A stretch of 64,000 nucleotides of DNA from Actinomycetota bacterium (lineage in GTDB: Bacteria; Actinomycetota; UBA4738; HRBIN12), in contig DASUQI010000058.1 of NCBI GenBank assembly GCA_036280655.1, positions 2,258 through 66,257 of the forward strand, in the 5' to 3' direction. Below are positions 8,745 through 17,737 of the stretch, one piece after another (the stretch's first letter is position 1; every line of letters begins with the position of its first letter). The position numbers and the translations under genes are program-made. Below the pieces are notes generated by a model. It saw only the letters and a list, made by a program, of their open reading frames with translations, was not told where the DNA came from and did no database searches.

Positions 8745-9926
8745 TCAGAGGCGCCGGATCACCAGCGCGTCGCCCTGGCCGCCGCCGCCGCAGATCGCCG
8801 CGGCGCCGAGGTCGACCCCACGACGCCGCAGCTCCTGGGCGAGCGTGAGCACGAGCCGCGCGCCGCTCGCGCCGATCGGATGGCCGAGCGCGACGGCACC
8901 ACCGTTCACGTTCACGAGGGCCCCGTCGAACCCGAGGATCCGCGTCACGTTGAGCGCGACGGCGGCGAACGCCTCGTTGACCTCGAGCAGGCCGAGATCG
9001 TGGACGTCGAGATCCGCCTTCTTGAGCGCGTTCTGGAGCGCGATCGCGGGGACGGTGTGGAGGTAGGGGAACCGCTCGGCGGACATGCCGTGCGCTACGA
9101 TCTCGGCCATCGGCTCCACGCCGAGCTGCTCCGCCTTCTCCGGGCTCGTGACGACGACGGCCGCGGCGCCGTCGCTGATCTGCGATGCGTTGCCGGCGGT
9201 GATCGTCCCGTCCTTCCCGAACGCGGGCTTCAGCCGCGCGAGCGACTCGGCGGTCGAGTCGGGGCGGATGCCTTCGTCGCGTTCGACGACGACCGGGTCG
9301 CCCGAACGCTGGGGAACCTCGACCGCCGCGACCTCCTCAGCGAGCGCGCCGGAGTCCCATCCCGCGGCCGCGCGCTGGTGCGACCGCGCCGACCAGGCGT
9401 CCTGCTCCTCCCGGCCGATGCCGAGCTCCGCGTTCACCACGTCCGAGGACTCACCCATCGTCTGCCCGGTGAACGACGACCACAGGCCGTCGTGGATCAT
9501 CGTGTCGACGAGATCCGCGTCGCCGAGCCGAGAGCCGGCGCGCGCCTTCGGCACGACATACGGCGCCTGCGTCATCGACTCCATCCCGCCGGCCACGACG
9601 ACGTCGACCTCGCCCGCGCGGATCATCTGGTCGGCGAGCGCGATCGCGGTCGTGCCCGACAGGCAGACCTTGTCCACGTTCAGCGACGGGACCTCCCTGG
9701 GGATGCCGGCGGCCACCGAGGCCTGCCGGGCGGTGACCTGCCCGGTGCCGGCGCGGATCACCTGCCCCATCACCACGTAGTCCACCTGGTCGGGGGCGAC
9801 GTCCGACCGGGCGAGCGCCGCGCGGATCGCGACCGCTCCGAGGTCGACCGCGGAGAGGTCTCGGAACGCACCGTGGAACTTGCCGATCGGCGTTCGAGCA
9901 CCGGCCACGATGACGCTGCGAGGCAT
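8745..9926 (-). CDS. Acetyl-CoA C-acetyltransferase (biosynthetic/degradative thiolase)
   Basis: 393 aa from ATG 9926 (MPRSVIVAGARTPIGKF). Canonical catalytic motifs are present: VDKVCLSGTTAI, NEAFAAV, ALGHPIGASGARL, AICGGGGQGDA. The track ORF is extended upstream by a shadow. Confidence 0.92.
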   Translation of the reverse strand: MPRSVIVAGARTPIGKFHGAFRDLSAVDLGAVAIRAALARSDVAPDQVDYVVMGQVIRAGTGQVTARQASVAAGIPREVPSLNVDKVCLSGTTAIALADQMIRAGEVDVVVAGGMESMTQAPYVVPKARAGSRLGDADLVDTMIHDGLWSSFTGQTMGESSDVVNAELGIGREEQDAWSARSHQRAAAGWDSGALAEEVAAVEVPQRSGDPVVVERDEGIRPDSTAESLARLKPAFGKDGTITAGNASQISDGAAAVVVTSPEKAEQLGVEPMAEIVAHGMSAERFPYLHTVPAIALQNALKKADLDVHDLGLLEVNEAFAAVALNVTRILGFDGALVNVNGGAVALGHPIGASGARLVLTLAQELRRRGVDLGAAAICGGGGQGDALVIRRL

Positions 9927-10008
9927 CGTCTTCCCTTCGTCGGTACGGTGGTTCCCCAGTCTACGCCGGAGCCATGCATCGACCGATGCGCCGGCGGCAG
10001 GAGGGCGC

Positions 10009-10875
10009 GTGGCGAGGTTCGGCGTGTCGATCGTCCCGTCGGCATCCGGGCGCTCGGACCCGGTCGCCGAGGCCGTTCGGGCGGAAGAGCTCGGGTTCGA
10101 CATCGTCTCGATCTGGGACCACCCGCACGGGGACCGGCCGTCGTTCGAGACCTGGACCCTGCTGACGTGGATCGCCGCTCGCACGAGCCGGGTCCATGTC
10201 GCCACCGACGTCCTCGGCCTCCCCTTCCGCCTCCCCGCGCTCACCGCGAAGATGGCCGAGTCGCTCGACCGATTGTCGGACGGCCGCTTGATCCTCGGGC
10301 TCGGCGCGGGCGGCGCGGACGCCGAGTTCGCGGGACTCGGCGCGCCCGTCCGGACGCCGGCCGAGAAGGTCGAAGCGCTCGAGGAGGCACTCGCCGTGAT
10401 CCGAGGCGTCTGGACCCGCTCACCGTTCACGTTCGAGGGGCGCCACTACCGCACCGACGAGGCCCTCGTCGAGCCCAAGCCGGACCGGCCGATCCCGATC
10501 TGGCTCGGCACGTACGGCCCGCGAGCACTGCGGCTGACCGGCCGACGCGCCGACGGTTGGATCCCGTCGATGGGGCCCGCCACGCCCGACGAGGCGCGTT
10601 CGAAGATGGCGCTCGTGCGCGCCGCGGCCGAGCAGGCCGGCCGGGACCCCGTCGAGCTCGACTACGCGTACAACGTCGGCGTTCGGCTCGCCGGGCCGCC
10701 CCCTCCCGACCCCGAACGGAGCGTCGCGGGCGAACCGGACGAGGTGATCGAGCGCCTGCTCGAGTTCCTCGAGGCCGGTTTCACGGTCCTGAACTTCTGG
10801 ATCGGCGGGCGCCGGGAGGAGCAGGCCGAGCGCCTGGCGACGGAGGTCCTCCCGACCCTTCGCCGGCTCGGATGA
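10009..10875 (+). CDS. Luciferase-like monooxygenase (LLM) family oxidoreductase, possibly F420-dependent
   Basis: From in-frame GTG 10009 (VARFGVSIVP...). LLM-like segments include FDIVSIWDHP, DRLSDGRLILGLGAGG, PIWLGTYGPRALRLTGRRADGWIP. Confidence 0.8.
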   Translation: MARFGVSIVPSASGRSDPVAEAVRAEELGFDIVSIWDHPHGDRPSFETWTLLTWIAARTSRVHVATDVLGLPFRLPALTAKMAESLDRLSDGRLILGLGAGGADAEFAGLGAPVRTPAEKVEALEEALAVIRGVWTRSPFTFEGRHYRTDEALVEPKPDRPIPIWLGTYGPRALRLTGRRADGWIPSMGPATPDEARSKMALVRAAAEQAGRDPVELDYAYNVGVRLAGPPPPDPERSVAGEPDEVIERLLEFLEAGFTVLNFWIGGRREEQAERLATEVLPTLRRLG

Positions 10876-11087
10876 GTCACGTATCCCAACGCCTCGCGCG
10901 ATCGCCGCTCTCCCGCAGAGCCTGATCCCCGATGTCACGGCACGAGGCGTCATCCGCGAGGGTGTAGCGTCGGCGGCGTGACACGTCTCGTCGTCGACCG
11001 CGAGACGCGGCTTCGGATCGCTCCAAGCGAGGTGGAGATCGCCGCCGAACACCCGGGCGTCTTTCTACGCCCAGTGGCTACGTCCCC

Positions 11088-11543
11088 ATGAGGGAGGATC
11101 GAGATGCGGAGGTCTCAGAGTTCTGGCGCTCGTTCGTCGACGCGACCGGCATCGAAGGCACCTACGTGACGGGATCGTTCGGGAGCGACGCCGAGACGGC
11201 CGATGAGCTCGGACTTCTCGTTCGTGATGGGCAGAAGCGTGCTACCACGAGCCTTCTCTCATCCTACGAGGAGGACGACGAGCCGCTACCAGCGGTCGGC
11301 AACCTCAGCATCGTGCTGGACGGGCAAGGCACCCCCCTCTGCGTCATCCGCACGACCAGTGTTGAAGTGCGCCCATTCGGCCTCGTTGACGAGGCGTTCG
11401 CCTGGGTGGAGGGGGAAGGGGACCGGAGTCTCGCGTCCTGGCGCGATGCGCATGTCCGTTTCTTCGCGAGTCTGGGGCAGCCGGTCAGCGAGGACACGTT
11501 GGTCGTCCTGGACACGTTCGAGTTGCTCTGGGCGCCCAGATGA
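11088..11543 (+). CDS. ASCH-domain protein
   Basis: 151 aa. ASCH/PUA-like pattern: FGSDAETADELGLLVRDGQKRATTS...RPFGLVDEAFAWVEGEGDRSLASWRDAH. G+C is visibly lower than in the flanks. Confidence 0.7.
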   Translation: MREDRDAEVSEFWRSFVDATGIEGTYVTGSFGSDAETADELGLLVRDGQKRATTSLLSSYEEDDEPLPAVGNLSIVLDGQGTPLCVIRTTSVEVRPFGLVDEAFAWVEGEGDRSLASWRDAHVRFFASLGQPVSEDTLVVLDTFELLWAPR

Positions 11544-11656
11544 TCGTGACCATGAGCGTGGCCGGCGGGTGAACGCCGCTGACCCGGCCTGATCGACGCG
11601 CACGATAGAGGAGTGCGCCGACGATCGGGGTGGACGAGCGTCGGTGTGGCGTACCA

Positions 11657-12181
11657 TCAGGACCCGTCGTGAGCCTGCCTACCGGATCGCGACGAGCGCC
11701 ACCGTTCGAAGACCTCGAGCCCGTCCGGACAGAACCGCTCGCGTTCGGTCATCGGTCCGACCTCGTCGAGCGGCACGAACACGCCCCACACGACCTCGGT
11801 CGGCTGCCACACGATCGGTCCGTCCCACACGACGTCGAAGGCGGCGCCCCAGACCCGCCCGCTGGGGCCGTCGTAGCGGTGGAGGAACCGGAACGTGGGT
11901 TCGGCGGCGACGCCCAGCTCCTCCTCGAGCTCGCGCCGCGCGCAGACCTCGTAGGGCTCGCCCGCGGCGTTCACGCCGCCGGCGCACACATCGTAGTAGC
12001 CGGGGTAGACGTCCTTGGTCTCGGTCCGCCGATGGACGTACAGCTCGCCCGCGGGGTTCAGGACGAACACGTACGTGCAGCGATGGAGCAGGTTCTCGGT
12101 GCGGAGCGTCCGCCGCGGCACGACCCCGACGACGTCGTTCCGCTCGTCGACGATGTCGACGAGCTCGTCGGCCGGATTCAC
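11657..12181 (-). CDS. NUDIX hydrolase
   Basis: 174 aa with a Nudix box: GGVNAAGEPYEVCARRELEEELGV. GTG start at 12181. Confidence 0.85.
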   Translation of the reverse strand: MNPADELVDIVDERNDVVGVVPRRTLRTENLLHRCTYVFVLNPAGELYVHRRTETKDVYPGYYDVCAGGVNAAGEPYEVCARRELEEELGVAAEPTFRFLHRYDGPSGRVWGAAFDVVWDGPIVWQPTEVVWGVFVPLDEVGPMTERERFCPDGLEVFERWRSSRSGRQAHDGS

Positions 12182-12185
12182 CGGA

Positions 12186-12683
12186 CTACGTACGTCCGCG
12201 AACCCAGAAGTCCCAGCCGTCCAGCTCCGGGACCTCCTCGCCGAGCGCGCCGAGCGTCGAGCAGATCTGCGTCCGGTGGTCGTTGCCGTGATGGATCGCC
12301 TGGATCAGCAGCATCGCCTCGGCCGGGTCCGTGTCCGGATAGTCCTGACGCCTGCGGACCGCCGAATGAAGTGAGCCCGCCTCAAGGTCGGAGAGCGCCT
12401 CGTCCCACCGACGCCGGTGCTCGGGCATCTCGGACCGGAGCTGCGCGAGGGGCACCCCGACCCGGTCGTCGGCGAGCGGCGGTGTCGGGTCGCGAAGCCG
12501 CAAGAGGTATCGCGAGTCTCCGTCGATCATGTGGGTGAGCGTGTCGATCATCGACCCGTACGTCCCCGGGATCGAGCGGTCGAGCCTGCTCGCCGGCAGC
12601 CGCCCGAGGTGGTCGATCAGGGCCTCGGTCGCCCACAGGTGATGGTCGTACATCGCTCGAAGGACGTCGGATGGATCCGTCAT
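12186..12683 (-). CDS. DinB-family (YfiT-like four-helix bundle) protein
   Basis: 165 aa. The N-terminal HHLWATEALIDHL and C-terminal QAIHHGNDHRTQI His motifs are typical of DinB-like metal-binding bundles. Confidence 0.75.
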   Translation of the reverse strand: MTDPSDVLRAMYDHHLWATEALIDHLGRLPASRLDRSIPGTYGSMIDTLTHMIDGDSRYLLRLRDPTPPLADDRVGVPLAQLRSEMPEHRRRWDEALSDLEAGSLHSAVRRRQDYPDTDPAEAMLLIQAIHHGNDHRTQICSTLGALGEEVPELDGWDFWVRGRT

Positions 12684-12726
12684 CGCGGGTCGAACGATAG
12701 CGCGCCGGCGGGCGCGTGCCGCAGCC

Positions 12727-14547
12727 TCAGCTCCGAGAGCCGATCGCGATCTCGATCTGCTGGATGATCTCGTCGCCGACGAGCTCGTCCCGGGCGATCA
12801 GCGCGTCGCGGAGCGCGACCACGACGTCCCGGTTCTCCTCGAGCAGCCTCGTGACCCGGCCCTTCTGCTCGGTCAGGATCTGCTCGACCCGGGCCTTGCC
12901 CTCGGCGTCGCTCAGCACCTTGCCGACGAGGTTCTTCGAGCCGACCGGTCCCTCGGCGATCGCGTCGTAGGACACGAGTGAACCCGCCATCCCGAACGAC
13001 CCCACCATCTGCGCCGTCAACGTGGTCGCGTGCTGCAGGTCGGACGCCGGGCCCGTGCCGCTCTCCCCGAAGAACACCTCCTCGGCCACGAGGCCACCGA
13101 GCGAGATCGCCACGTTCGCCTCGATCTCCGACCGCGTCCGCGTGAAGCGCTCCTCCTCGTCCCCGTGGGCGAGCAGGCCGAGCGACTGCCGACGCTTGAT
13201 GATCGACAGCACCTCGAGACGCCGCCCCTTCCCGAGGAAGAAGGCGGCCGTGGCGTGGCCGGCCTCGTGGGTCGCGACCGAGACCCGGTCGGACTCCGTG
13301 TAGGTGACCGCCTGCTTGAACCCGAGCTCCTCGGTCAGCTTCGCCTCGTGGATATCCTGGGCGGTCATCGCGGTCCGTCCGTTTCGGAGCGCCACGAGCA
13401 GCGCCTCGTCGAACAGGTGCTCGATCATCACCGGGCTGTAGCCGAACGTGTCGTGTGCGAGGCGCTCGCGCTCGTGGTCGTCGTCGAGGAGCTCGTGGTG
13501 GGTCTTGCGGTCGAGGAAGAAATCGATCTGCTCGCGCCGGCCCGACTTCGTCGGCAGGTCGAAGTACAGCCGCCGGTCGAACCGTCCCGGACGCAGCAGC
13601 GCGGGGTCGAGCTGGTCGGCCCGGTTCGTCGCGGCGATCAGCAAGATGTTGCTGTAGATCGGCTTAGCGGCGGGGATCCGACGCTCCGGCGGCAGGAAGC
13701 CGTTCACCCACTCGATCATCCGAGCCTTCGTCCGAGCGCCGAACGGCGGCTGGTCGAACGACTGCATCTGGATCAACAGCTCGTTCACCATCCCCGAGCC
13801 CGCGGGGCCGACGAGGCTCGAGGCGACCCGGCCGAGGCCCGTCGCGTCGGGGCTCGCGTTCATCCCGCCGCGTTCGCCGCCGATCGCGTCGATCTCCTCG
13901 ATGAACCCGATCGCGCCCCCCTCCTTGCGGGCGAGCTTGCGCAGGCGCCGGAAGAACGACCGGATCTTCGAGTTCGTCATGCCGAACCACATCGACTGGA
14001 ACGCCGGCGCGGCGGTGAAGAGGAACGGCACGCCGGCCTGCTTGGCCATCGCCTTGGCGAGGAACGTCTTCCCGGTGCCCGGCGGTCCTTCGAACAGGAT
14101 CCCGCGCCGCGGGTTGCCGCCCAGCTGATCGCGGAAGGTCGCGTAGCCGAGGAACACGTCGAGGGTCCGGCCGACCTCGTCCACCTGGTCGTCGAGACCC
14201 GGCACCTGGTCGAGCCCGATCTCGATCTCCTCTGGCCGCACGACCTGGTGCGGGGACCGGCCGCTGAACAGCGGCATCAACATCATCAGCGCGACCGCGC
14301 CGAACAGCAAGAAGATGGGCAGGAAGATGACCGCCTCGGGTCCGAGGGTCGGCAGCCGGAAGGGGTTGTCGGTGAGGTAGCGATACCAGAGGTAGAAGTC
14401 GATCAGGCCGAGGATCAGGACCAGTCGCCAGATCCGGCGCCGCCGGGTCCGCTCACGGACCTTGAAGACGTCGGCGCGACCATCCGACGCGACATCCGAG
14501 CCGAGGAGCACGGACGCGGTGGACCTGCTCGACTGCCTCAAGGACAC
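12727..14547 (-). CDS. FtsH-like AAA+ zinc metalloprotease paralogue with a short N-terminal membrane hairpin
   Basis: Walker A GPPGTGKTFLAKAMA, Walker B IGFIEEIDAIG, second region of homology ATNRADQLDPALLRPGRFDRRLYFDLP, zinc site HEAGHATAAF. Two closely spaced TM helices with no large periplasmic domain. Start is GTG 14547 or TTG 14541. Confidence 0.85.
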   Translation of the reverse strand: MSLRQSSRSTASVLLGSDVASDGRADVFKVRERTRRRRIWRLVLILGLIDFYLWYRYLTDNPFRLPTLGPEAVIFLPIFLLFGAVALMMLMPLFSGRSPHQVVRPEEIEIGLDQVPGLDDQVDEVGRTLDVFLGYATFRDQLGGNPRRGILFEGPPGTGKTFLAKAMAKQAGVPFLFTAAPAFQSMWFGMTNSKIRSFFRRLRKLARKEGGAIGFIEEIDAIGGERGGMNASPDATGLGRVASSLVGPAGSGMVNELLIQMQSFDQPPFGARTKARMIEWVNGFLPPERRIPAAKPIYSNILLIAATNRADQLDPALLRPGRFDRRLYFDLPTKSGRREQIDFFLDRKTHHELLDDDHERERLAHDTFGYSPVMIEHLFDEALLVALRNGRTAMTAQDIHEAKLTEELGFKQAVTYTESDRVSVATHEAGHATAAFFLGKGRRLEVLSIIKRRQSLGLLAHGDEEERFTRTRSEIEANVAISLGGLVAEEVFFGESGTGPASDLQHATTLTAQMVGSFGMAGSLVSYDAIAEGPVGSKNLVGKVLSDAEGKARVEQILTEQKGRVTRLLEENRDVVVALRDALIARDELVGDEIIQQIEIAIGSRS

Positions 14548-14589
14548 CCCTCACGGTTCGTGCGACGGCTCGACCATCCTAGTCACTGC

Positions 14590-14629
14590 GGCCGATGCGC
14601 CGCATCGGCCCTTCGCCCTAGGCGAAGGG
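14590..14629. promoter_or_regulatory. Two adjacent palindromes in a divergent intergenic region (candidate operators)
   Basis: GGCCGATGCG-c-CGCATCGGCC (14590-14610) and CCCTTCGCC-cta-GGCGAAGGG (14609-14629) lie between the FtsH-like gene and the XRE gene. Both genes point away from them, so a terminator role is unlikely. Confidence 0.35.
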
Positions 14630-14673
14630 GCCGTCGATGCCCACCGGCGCGGAGCAGCCGCTAAGGTGCGCTC

Positions 14674-15063
14674 ATGGCGAGGAAGAAGCTCCCGCCCGTG
14701 CCCAGGGAGGACGCGCGGACGATCGGAGCGCTCCTGCGCGCGCTCCGCAAGGCGGCCGGATACCGAGCCGTGCAGGACGCGGCGGCGGCCGGCGGGTTCC
14801 CGGCGGCGCGCCAGACGATCTACGCGTACGAGCGCGGCGGGCTCACCCCGTCCCTCCAGCAGTTCCTCGAGCTCGTCGAGTACTACGGGACGCACCCGGG
14901 GCGCGCTGATGGCGCCAAGCCGGAGGAGGACCTTCGCGCGCAGGCCGTGGCCGCGGTGAGCCGCGCGCTCGCGCTGCGCGCGTACCACGTGCCGCAGGCG
15001 TACGAGCTGATCGAGCGACTCCAGCCGCCGCTCGCCGAGACCCGACGCCGCAGGAGCTCGTGA
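14674..15063 (+). CDS. XRE-family helix-turn-helix transcriptional regulator
   Basis: 129 aa with an HTH_XRE-like segment: IGALLRALRKAAGYRAVQDAAAAGGFPAARQTIYAYERGGLTPSLQQFLELVEYYG. Its stop overlaps the epimerase GTG (GTGA at 15060-15063). Confidence 0.75.
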   Translation: MARKKLPPVPREDARTIGALLRALRKAAGYRAVQDAAAAGGFPAARQTIYAYERGGLTPSLQQFLELVEYYGTHPGRADGAKPEEDLRAQAVAAVSRALALRAYHVPQAYELIERLQPPLAETRRRRSS

Positions 15064-15464
15064 GACCCACGCAGATCGATCACGTCGGCATCGCGGTCGC
15101 CGATCTCGAGGCCGCGGTCGAGCGGTACCGGACGACCCTCGGGCTCGAGCCCGCCCACCGGGAGCGGATGGACGACCAGGGCGTCGAGGAGGTGCTGTTC
15201 GAGGTGGGATCGTCGTTCGTCCAGCTCCTCGGCGCGCTCGGTCCGAACACGCCGGTCGGCCGGTTCCTCGAGAAACACGGCGAGGGCATCCACCACGTCG
15301 GGTACCGGGTCGAGAGCGTGGTCGAGGCGCTCGAGAAGCTCCGGGCGGCCGGCGTCCGGCTGATCGACGAGACGCCGCGCCGAGGATCGCGCGGGACGAC
15401 GATCGCGTTCGTCCACCCCAGGGACATGGGCGGCGTCCTCGTCGAGCTCGTGCAGCAGGGCTAG
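15060..15464 (+). CDS. mce: Methylmalonyl-CoA epimerase (VOC superfamily)
   Basis: 134 aa: IDHVGIAVADLEAAVERY...FLEKHGEGIHHVGYRVESV...IAFVHPRDMGGVLVELVQ, the typical epimerase pattern. Confidence 0.85.
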   Translation: MRPTQIDHVGIAVADLEAAVERYRTTLGLEPAHRERMDDQGVEEVLFEVGSSFVQLLGALGPNTPVGRFLEKHGEGIHHVGYRVESVVEALEKLRAAGVRLIDETPRRGSRGTTIAFVHPRDMGGVLVELVQQG

Positions 15465-16759
15465 GGCAGGGTCGACAGGCCGGCGTTCGGCGCGCTGATC
15501 AGCACGGCGACGTTGCCCTCGGGGAGCTCGCCGACGCCCATCAGCTGGTGCGCGAGGCCGGACTCCTCGTACGCGAAGGTCCGCCCGTGGGTCGTGTGCA
15601 CCTTCCCTCCGCGGACGAGGTCGTTGAACGCCGCAGCCTGCTCGTCGTTGAACAGGTGCGAGCCCTGGTACCGCTTCTGCGGGTACCAGAGGTAGCGCAC
15701 GTCCACCATGGTGTCGTAGCCGCTCGTCCCGGCACAGATCACGACCATGCCGCCACGCTCGCATACGAAGATCGATGTCGGGACCGTGTCCTGCCCGGGG
15801 TGCTCGAACACGATGTTCGGGTTGCGACGTTCGCCGAGGACCTCCCAGATCGCCTTGCCGAACGCCTTCGCGCCCTCGAACCACGCCTTCCAGTCCGGGG
15901 AGTCCCACGCGGGCGGCACTCCCCAGTGGTCGAACGCCGTCCGGTCGACGTAGCCCGCCGCGCCGAGCTCTTTCGCGTACTCCCCTTTCACGGCGCTGCT
16001 CACGACCGCGACCGGCGTGGCCCCCGCGAGCGCGACGAGCTGGATCGCGAGCGAGCCGAGTCCCCCCGAGCCGCCCCACACGAGCACGACGTCGTCCTCC
16101 TTCACCGTGTTCGGCGGCCACCCGTGGAGCATCCGGTACGCGGTGGCGCCGGTGAGGGTCGGCGCCGCGGCCTCCTCCCACGTGAGGCGCTCGGCCTTCG
16201 GGAGGCACTGGTGCGCCTGCACCTTCGTGAACTGCGCGAACGAGCCCCAGCACGTGTCGTACCCCCACACGCGGAACGACGGGGCGACCCCGGGGTCGTT
16301 GCCCGCGGCGACCCACGGGTCGTCGTGGTCCCACTGGCCGGCGTGCACGACGACCTCGTCGCCGACCGAGACGTTCGAGACCCCGGAGCCAACGGCGTAG
16401 ACCACGCCCGAGGCGTCCGAGCCCACGATGTGGAACTCGGTGGGCTCGCCCCACCTCGCCTGGGTCTTCGTGACGTCGATCGGGACGCCGCGCGCCGCCC
16501 ACACGTTGTTGAAGTTCACGCCGGCGGCCATCACGAGCACGAGGGCCTCGTACGGCCCGATCTCCGGGACGTCGATCACCTCGTCCCGGATCGAGTCCCT
16601 CGGTTCGCCGTACCGCTCGGGCCGGACGAGCTGCGCGTGCATCCGCGACGGCACCTCGCCGAGCGGGGGGATCTCGCCGATCTCGAAGACGTCCTTGGTC
16701 ACCGGGTGCTCCGTTCGTCGATGGACGGGACGATAGGCGAACGGCGAACGCGTCACCAA
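15461..16759 (-). CDS. ccr: Crotonyl-CoA carboxylase/reductase (enoyl-CoA carboxylase/reductase family)
   Basis: 432 aa: DVFEIGEIPPLGEVPSRMHAQLVRPERYGEP, LVMAAGVNFNNVWA, HIVGSDASGVVYAVG, RVWGYDTCWGSFAQFTKVQAHQ, VWGGSGGLGSLAIQL, IVFEHPG, CAGTSGYDTMVDVRYLW. The match to the CCR family extends over the full length. Confidence 0.85.
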   Translation of the reverse strand: MVTRSPFAYRPVHRRTEHPVTKDVFEIGEIPPLGEVPSRMHAQLVRPERYGEPRDSIRDEVIDVPEIGPYEALVLVMAAGVNFNNVWAARGVPIDVTKTQARWGEPTEFHIVGSDASGVVYAVGSGVSNVSVGDEVVVHAGQWDHDDPWVAAGNDPGVAPSFRVWGYDTCWGSFAQFTKVQAHQCLPKAERLTWEEAAAPTLTGATAYRMLHGWPPNTVKEDDVVLVWGGSGGLGSLAIQLVALAGATPVAVVSSAVKGEYAKELGAAGYVDRTAFDHWGVPPAWDSPDWKAWFEGAKAFGKAIWEVLGERRNPNIVFEHPGQDTVPTSIFVCERGGMVVICAGTSGYDTMVDVRYLWYPQKRYQGSHLFNDEQAAAFNDLVRGGKVHTTHGRTFAYEESGLAHQLMGVGELPEGNVAVLISAPNAGLSTLP

Positions 16760-16783
16760 CGGCGCGTCCTCAGGCGTTCGTGC

Positions 16784-17737
16784 TCAGACCAGGGCCGTGC
16801 TCGACGGGCAGGTCCGCCCCCTCGGGCACCAGGTGCAGAACGGACCCGGCCGGAGCTCGAGCGGCCGGCCGGCGTCGGACGCGGCGGCGGCACGCACCGC
16901 GTCGATCACTCTGTCGGCCGCCCTGCCGAGCACCTTCTCGTCGACGTCTTCGGCCTGCCACTCCCCCGAGTCGAGGTACAGCGTCGCGACACGGTAGGGC
17001 GGGACGCCGAACCGCAGCGCGAGCAGCAGCCCATAGAAGCGCATGTCCTCGGCGTGCTCGGGCCAGGCGCGCCCGGTCTTCAGGTCGATCGCGAGGCGAT
17101 CGGCGCCTCCGCGGCCGGCGGCCTGCGCGCCGAGGACGAGGTCGAGCTGGCCCGACAGGACGAGCGACCCGCCGAGCAGCTCGACGCGGACGTGCCACTC
17201 GGTGGACGGCGCGAGCTCGCGCCGCATCAGCCGGAGCGGCGGCATCGTCGAGCGGAACAGCTCGAGCGTCTTGGCCCCGTCCATGAGCGTCTCGTCCCGC
17301 CGGAGCCCGTCCAGGCCGTGCCAGAACGCGCCGAACGCGCGGTCCTCGCCGAGCCGTTCGGCCGCCTGCTCGACCAGCTCGTGGGGGTCGCGCTCCTCGC
17401 GCCCGGCCACCTCGAGCTCGATCGCCTTGTGCGCCAGCTTGCCGGCGGCCGAGCGCGCGGAGAACTCGAACGGCCCGCGCTCGCCGGAGCGGACCGCGTC
17501 GAACAGCCCCGGGCACCGGCCGAGGTCGTTGAGGTTGGACTTCCCGAGCCACAGCGGGTCGGGGAGCTCGAACGCCCGCGCCGCCTCCTCGATCCGGTCG
17601 CGGAGGCGTTGGACGGCGTCCGAGGGGACGGGGGCCCGGCGAGCCTCGCCGATCAGCCCGTCCATCGTTCGGCGCTGGGCGGGCGAGAGCTCGAGGGTCG
17701 TCTGCACGGGGCGGATGGTAGGAGTACCCACCGACAT
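16784..17737 (-). CDS. PD-(D/E)XK nuclease, RecB/Cas4-like, with a 4-Cys cluster
   Basis: From ATG 17737 (MSVGTPTIRP...). Motifs GQLDLVLG ... LAIDLKTG ... RFYGLLL. One N-terminal Cys (LGRCPGLF) plus C-terminal CTWCPRGRTC (CxxCx5C), as in Cas4/AddB iron-sulfur nucleases. Confidence 0.7.
   Translation of the reverse strand: MSVGTPTIRPVQTTLELSPAQRRTMDGLIGEARRAPVPSDAVQRLRDRIEEAARAFELPDPLWLGKSNLNDLGRCPGLFDAVRSGERGPFEFSARSAAGKLAHKAIELEVAGREERDPHELVEQAAERLGEDRAFGAFWHGLDGLRRDETLMDGAKTLELFRSTMPPLRLMRRELAPSTEWHVRVELLGGSLVLSGQLDLVLGAQAAGRGGADRLAIDLKTGRAWPEHAEDMRFYGLLLALRFGVPPYRVATLYLDSGEWQAEDVDEKVLGRAADRVIDAVRAAAASDAGRPLELRPGPFCTWCPRGRTCPSSTALV

Noticed and set aside
8241-10925. 894-aa plus-strand ORF
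   Set aside because: It is antisense or out of phase with respect to the acyl-CoA dehydrogenase, thiolase and LLM genes, and its composition is shadow-like.
10420-11052. 210-aa minus-strand ORF reaching into the 10876-11087 gap
   Set aside because: It is mostly antisense to the LLM oxidoreductase. The part in the gap has no start context or recognisable fold. I also saw only a weak 6-bp inverted repeat in the gap, not a convincing RNA element.
16180-16230. The CCR segment reads WGYDT where I remember WG(F/Y)ET, the position of a CO2-pocket Glu
   Set aside because: This rests on my memory of reference sequences and on an unverified alignment. I did not report it as a finding, but it is worth checking in a curated alignment.
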